Source: Candidatus Saccharimonadota bacterium (GTDB lineage Bacteria; Patescibacteriota; Saccharimonadia; Saccharimonadales; AWTP1-31). Taken from it: a DNA stretch of 64,000 nt. The notes beneath the pieces were generated by a model, which saw nothing but the letters and a program-made list of their open reading frames with translations, had not been told where the DNA came from and ran no database searches. A program made the position numbers and the translations under genes. Location of the stretch: NCBI GenBank assembly GCA_026395435.1, contig JAPLYT010000003.1, positions 4,024-68,023 on the forward strand. Direction: 5' to 3'. Shown piece by piece: positions 63,433 to 64,000 of the stretch; the first letter of the stretch is position 1; each line of letters starts with the position of its first letter.

Positions 63433-64000
63433 TCATGCGCTATACTTTTTCTCTCGACCAATTGCCAACCATACTGCTGCAAGCGTTATAAACAGTATAC
63501 CTCGATCAATCAGTGCTAACGATAAAATCTGCGGGGTACTCAGCCCAATAACTGTTGCTGTTACGACGTACACTGCTTCTTTAACACCGATATTGGCCGG
63601 TGTCAGGCTGATAAAAATACTGAGACTACCGAGGACGCTAAAGAGCAGAAGTTGGCCAAATTCTATTGAGATAGAAAGCGAAGATAACTCGAACCAGGCG
63701 ATAAGCACCGTCAAGATTATTTGAATCAGTACAAACAGACTCAAATGTAGGAGCAGCTTCCTATTTCTTGTCACCAACCGCCATCCATCCGACATTTTTC
63801 TTAGTGTTTGAGCGGCTGCCGATAGGTATTTATTGTGGATCTTGATGGATGGGATTTTCAGAAAACTAAGTATCAACGATGCTAAAAGCAGCCCTGTAAA
63901 AAACAAACCAACTCCCACAAATTGCGGGCTTCCATTCGAGCCGATGAGTATAAGACTAGTAATCCCAAGCACGGCATTAATGATAAAAATGAGAAGATAA
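63433..64000 (-). CDS. flippase-like / LPG-synthase-TM (UPF0104) family membrane protein, 5' end outside the window
   Basis: The frame stays open to 64000. The C-terminal region ISLTPANIGVKEAVYVVTATVIGLS..ALIDRGILF resembles the P-x-G-x-G-x-x-E motif region of this family. Confidence 0.55.
   Translation of the reverse strand, partial: YLLIFIINAVLGITSLILIGSNGSPQFVGVGLFFTGLLLASLILSFLKIPSIKIHNKYLSAAAQTLRKMSDGWRLVTRNRKLLLHLSLFVLIQIILTVLIAWFELSSLSISIEFGQLLLFSVLGSLSIFISLTPANIGVKEAVYVVTATVIGLSTPQILSLALIDRGILFITLAAVWLAIGREKKYSA

Overview
Densely coding, moderately AT-rich bacterial window read with the standard code (TGA terminates murC, the histidine kinase and other genes). It has an archaeal-type AspRS, very few metabolic genes and many small anchored or secreted hypothetical proteins. 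From this I infer, but cannot prove, a reduced-genome Patescibacteria/CPR (Saccharibacteria-like) source. Main blocks: (i) 1-8312: three tandem giant GLUG-repeat secreted proteins. The one at 1-1388 is missing from the ORF track (TTG start, open at the window edge). The two complete proteins share a C-terminal module ending in PNTG a few residues before the stop. (ii) 9.4-15.3 kb: probable mobile-element remnant, with an IS1595 transposase, a replication-relaxation gene interrupted by an in-frame TGA, and orphan hypotheticals. (iii) Housekeeping and envelope genes: murC-HK-RR, MscS, cluster-less MutY-like, Lnt-like, ABC-2 exporter, Doc/AbrB toxin-antitoxin, NDH-2. (iv) 28.7-32.3 kb: a divergent pair of O-antigen-ligase-like membrane proteins, one fused to a class-B PBP transpeptidase domain. 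(v) 37.5-44.9 kb: a minus-strand gene string with four domain-less acidic proteins, an aspS whose 5' OB-fold region is deleted and frameshifted, and a frameshifted rdgB. (vi) Two copies of a 170-190 nt hairpin-rich element with terminal inverted repeats (48749-48939 and 59256-59422). (vii) 54.9-64 kb: wall-glycopolymer cluster (UppP, GtrA, LCP, priming sugar transferase, GT4, GT-C, flippase-like). I found no rRNA, tRNA or CRISPR array. All functional calls rest on motif recognition by eye; no database search or folding program was run.
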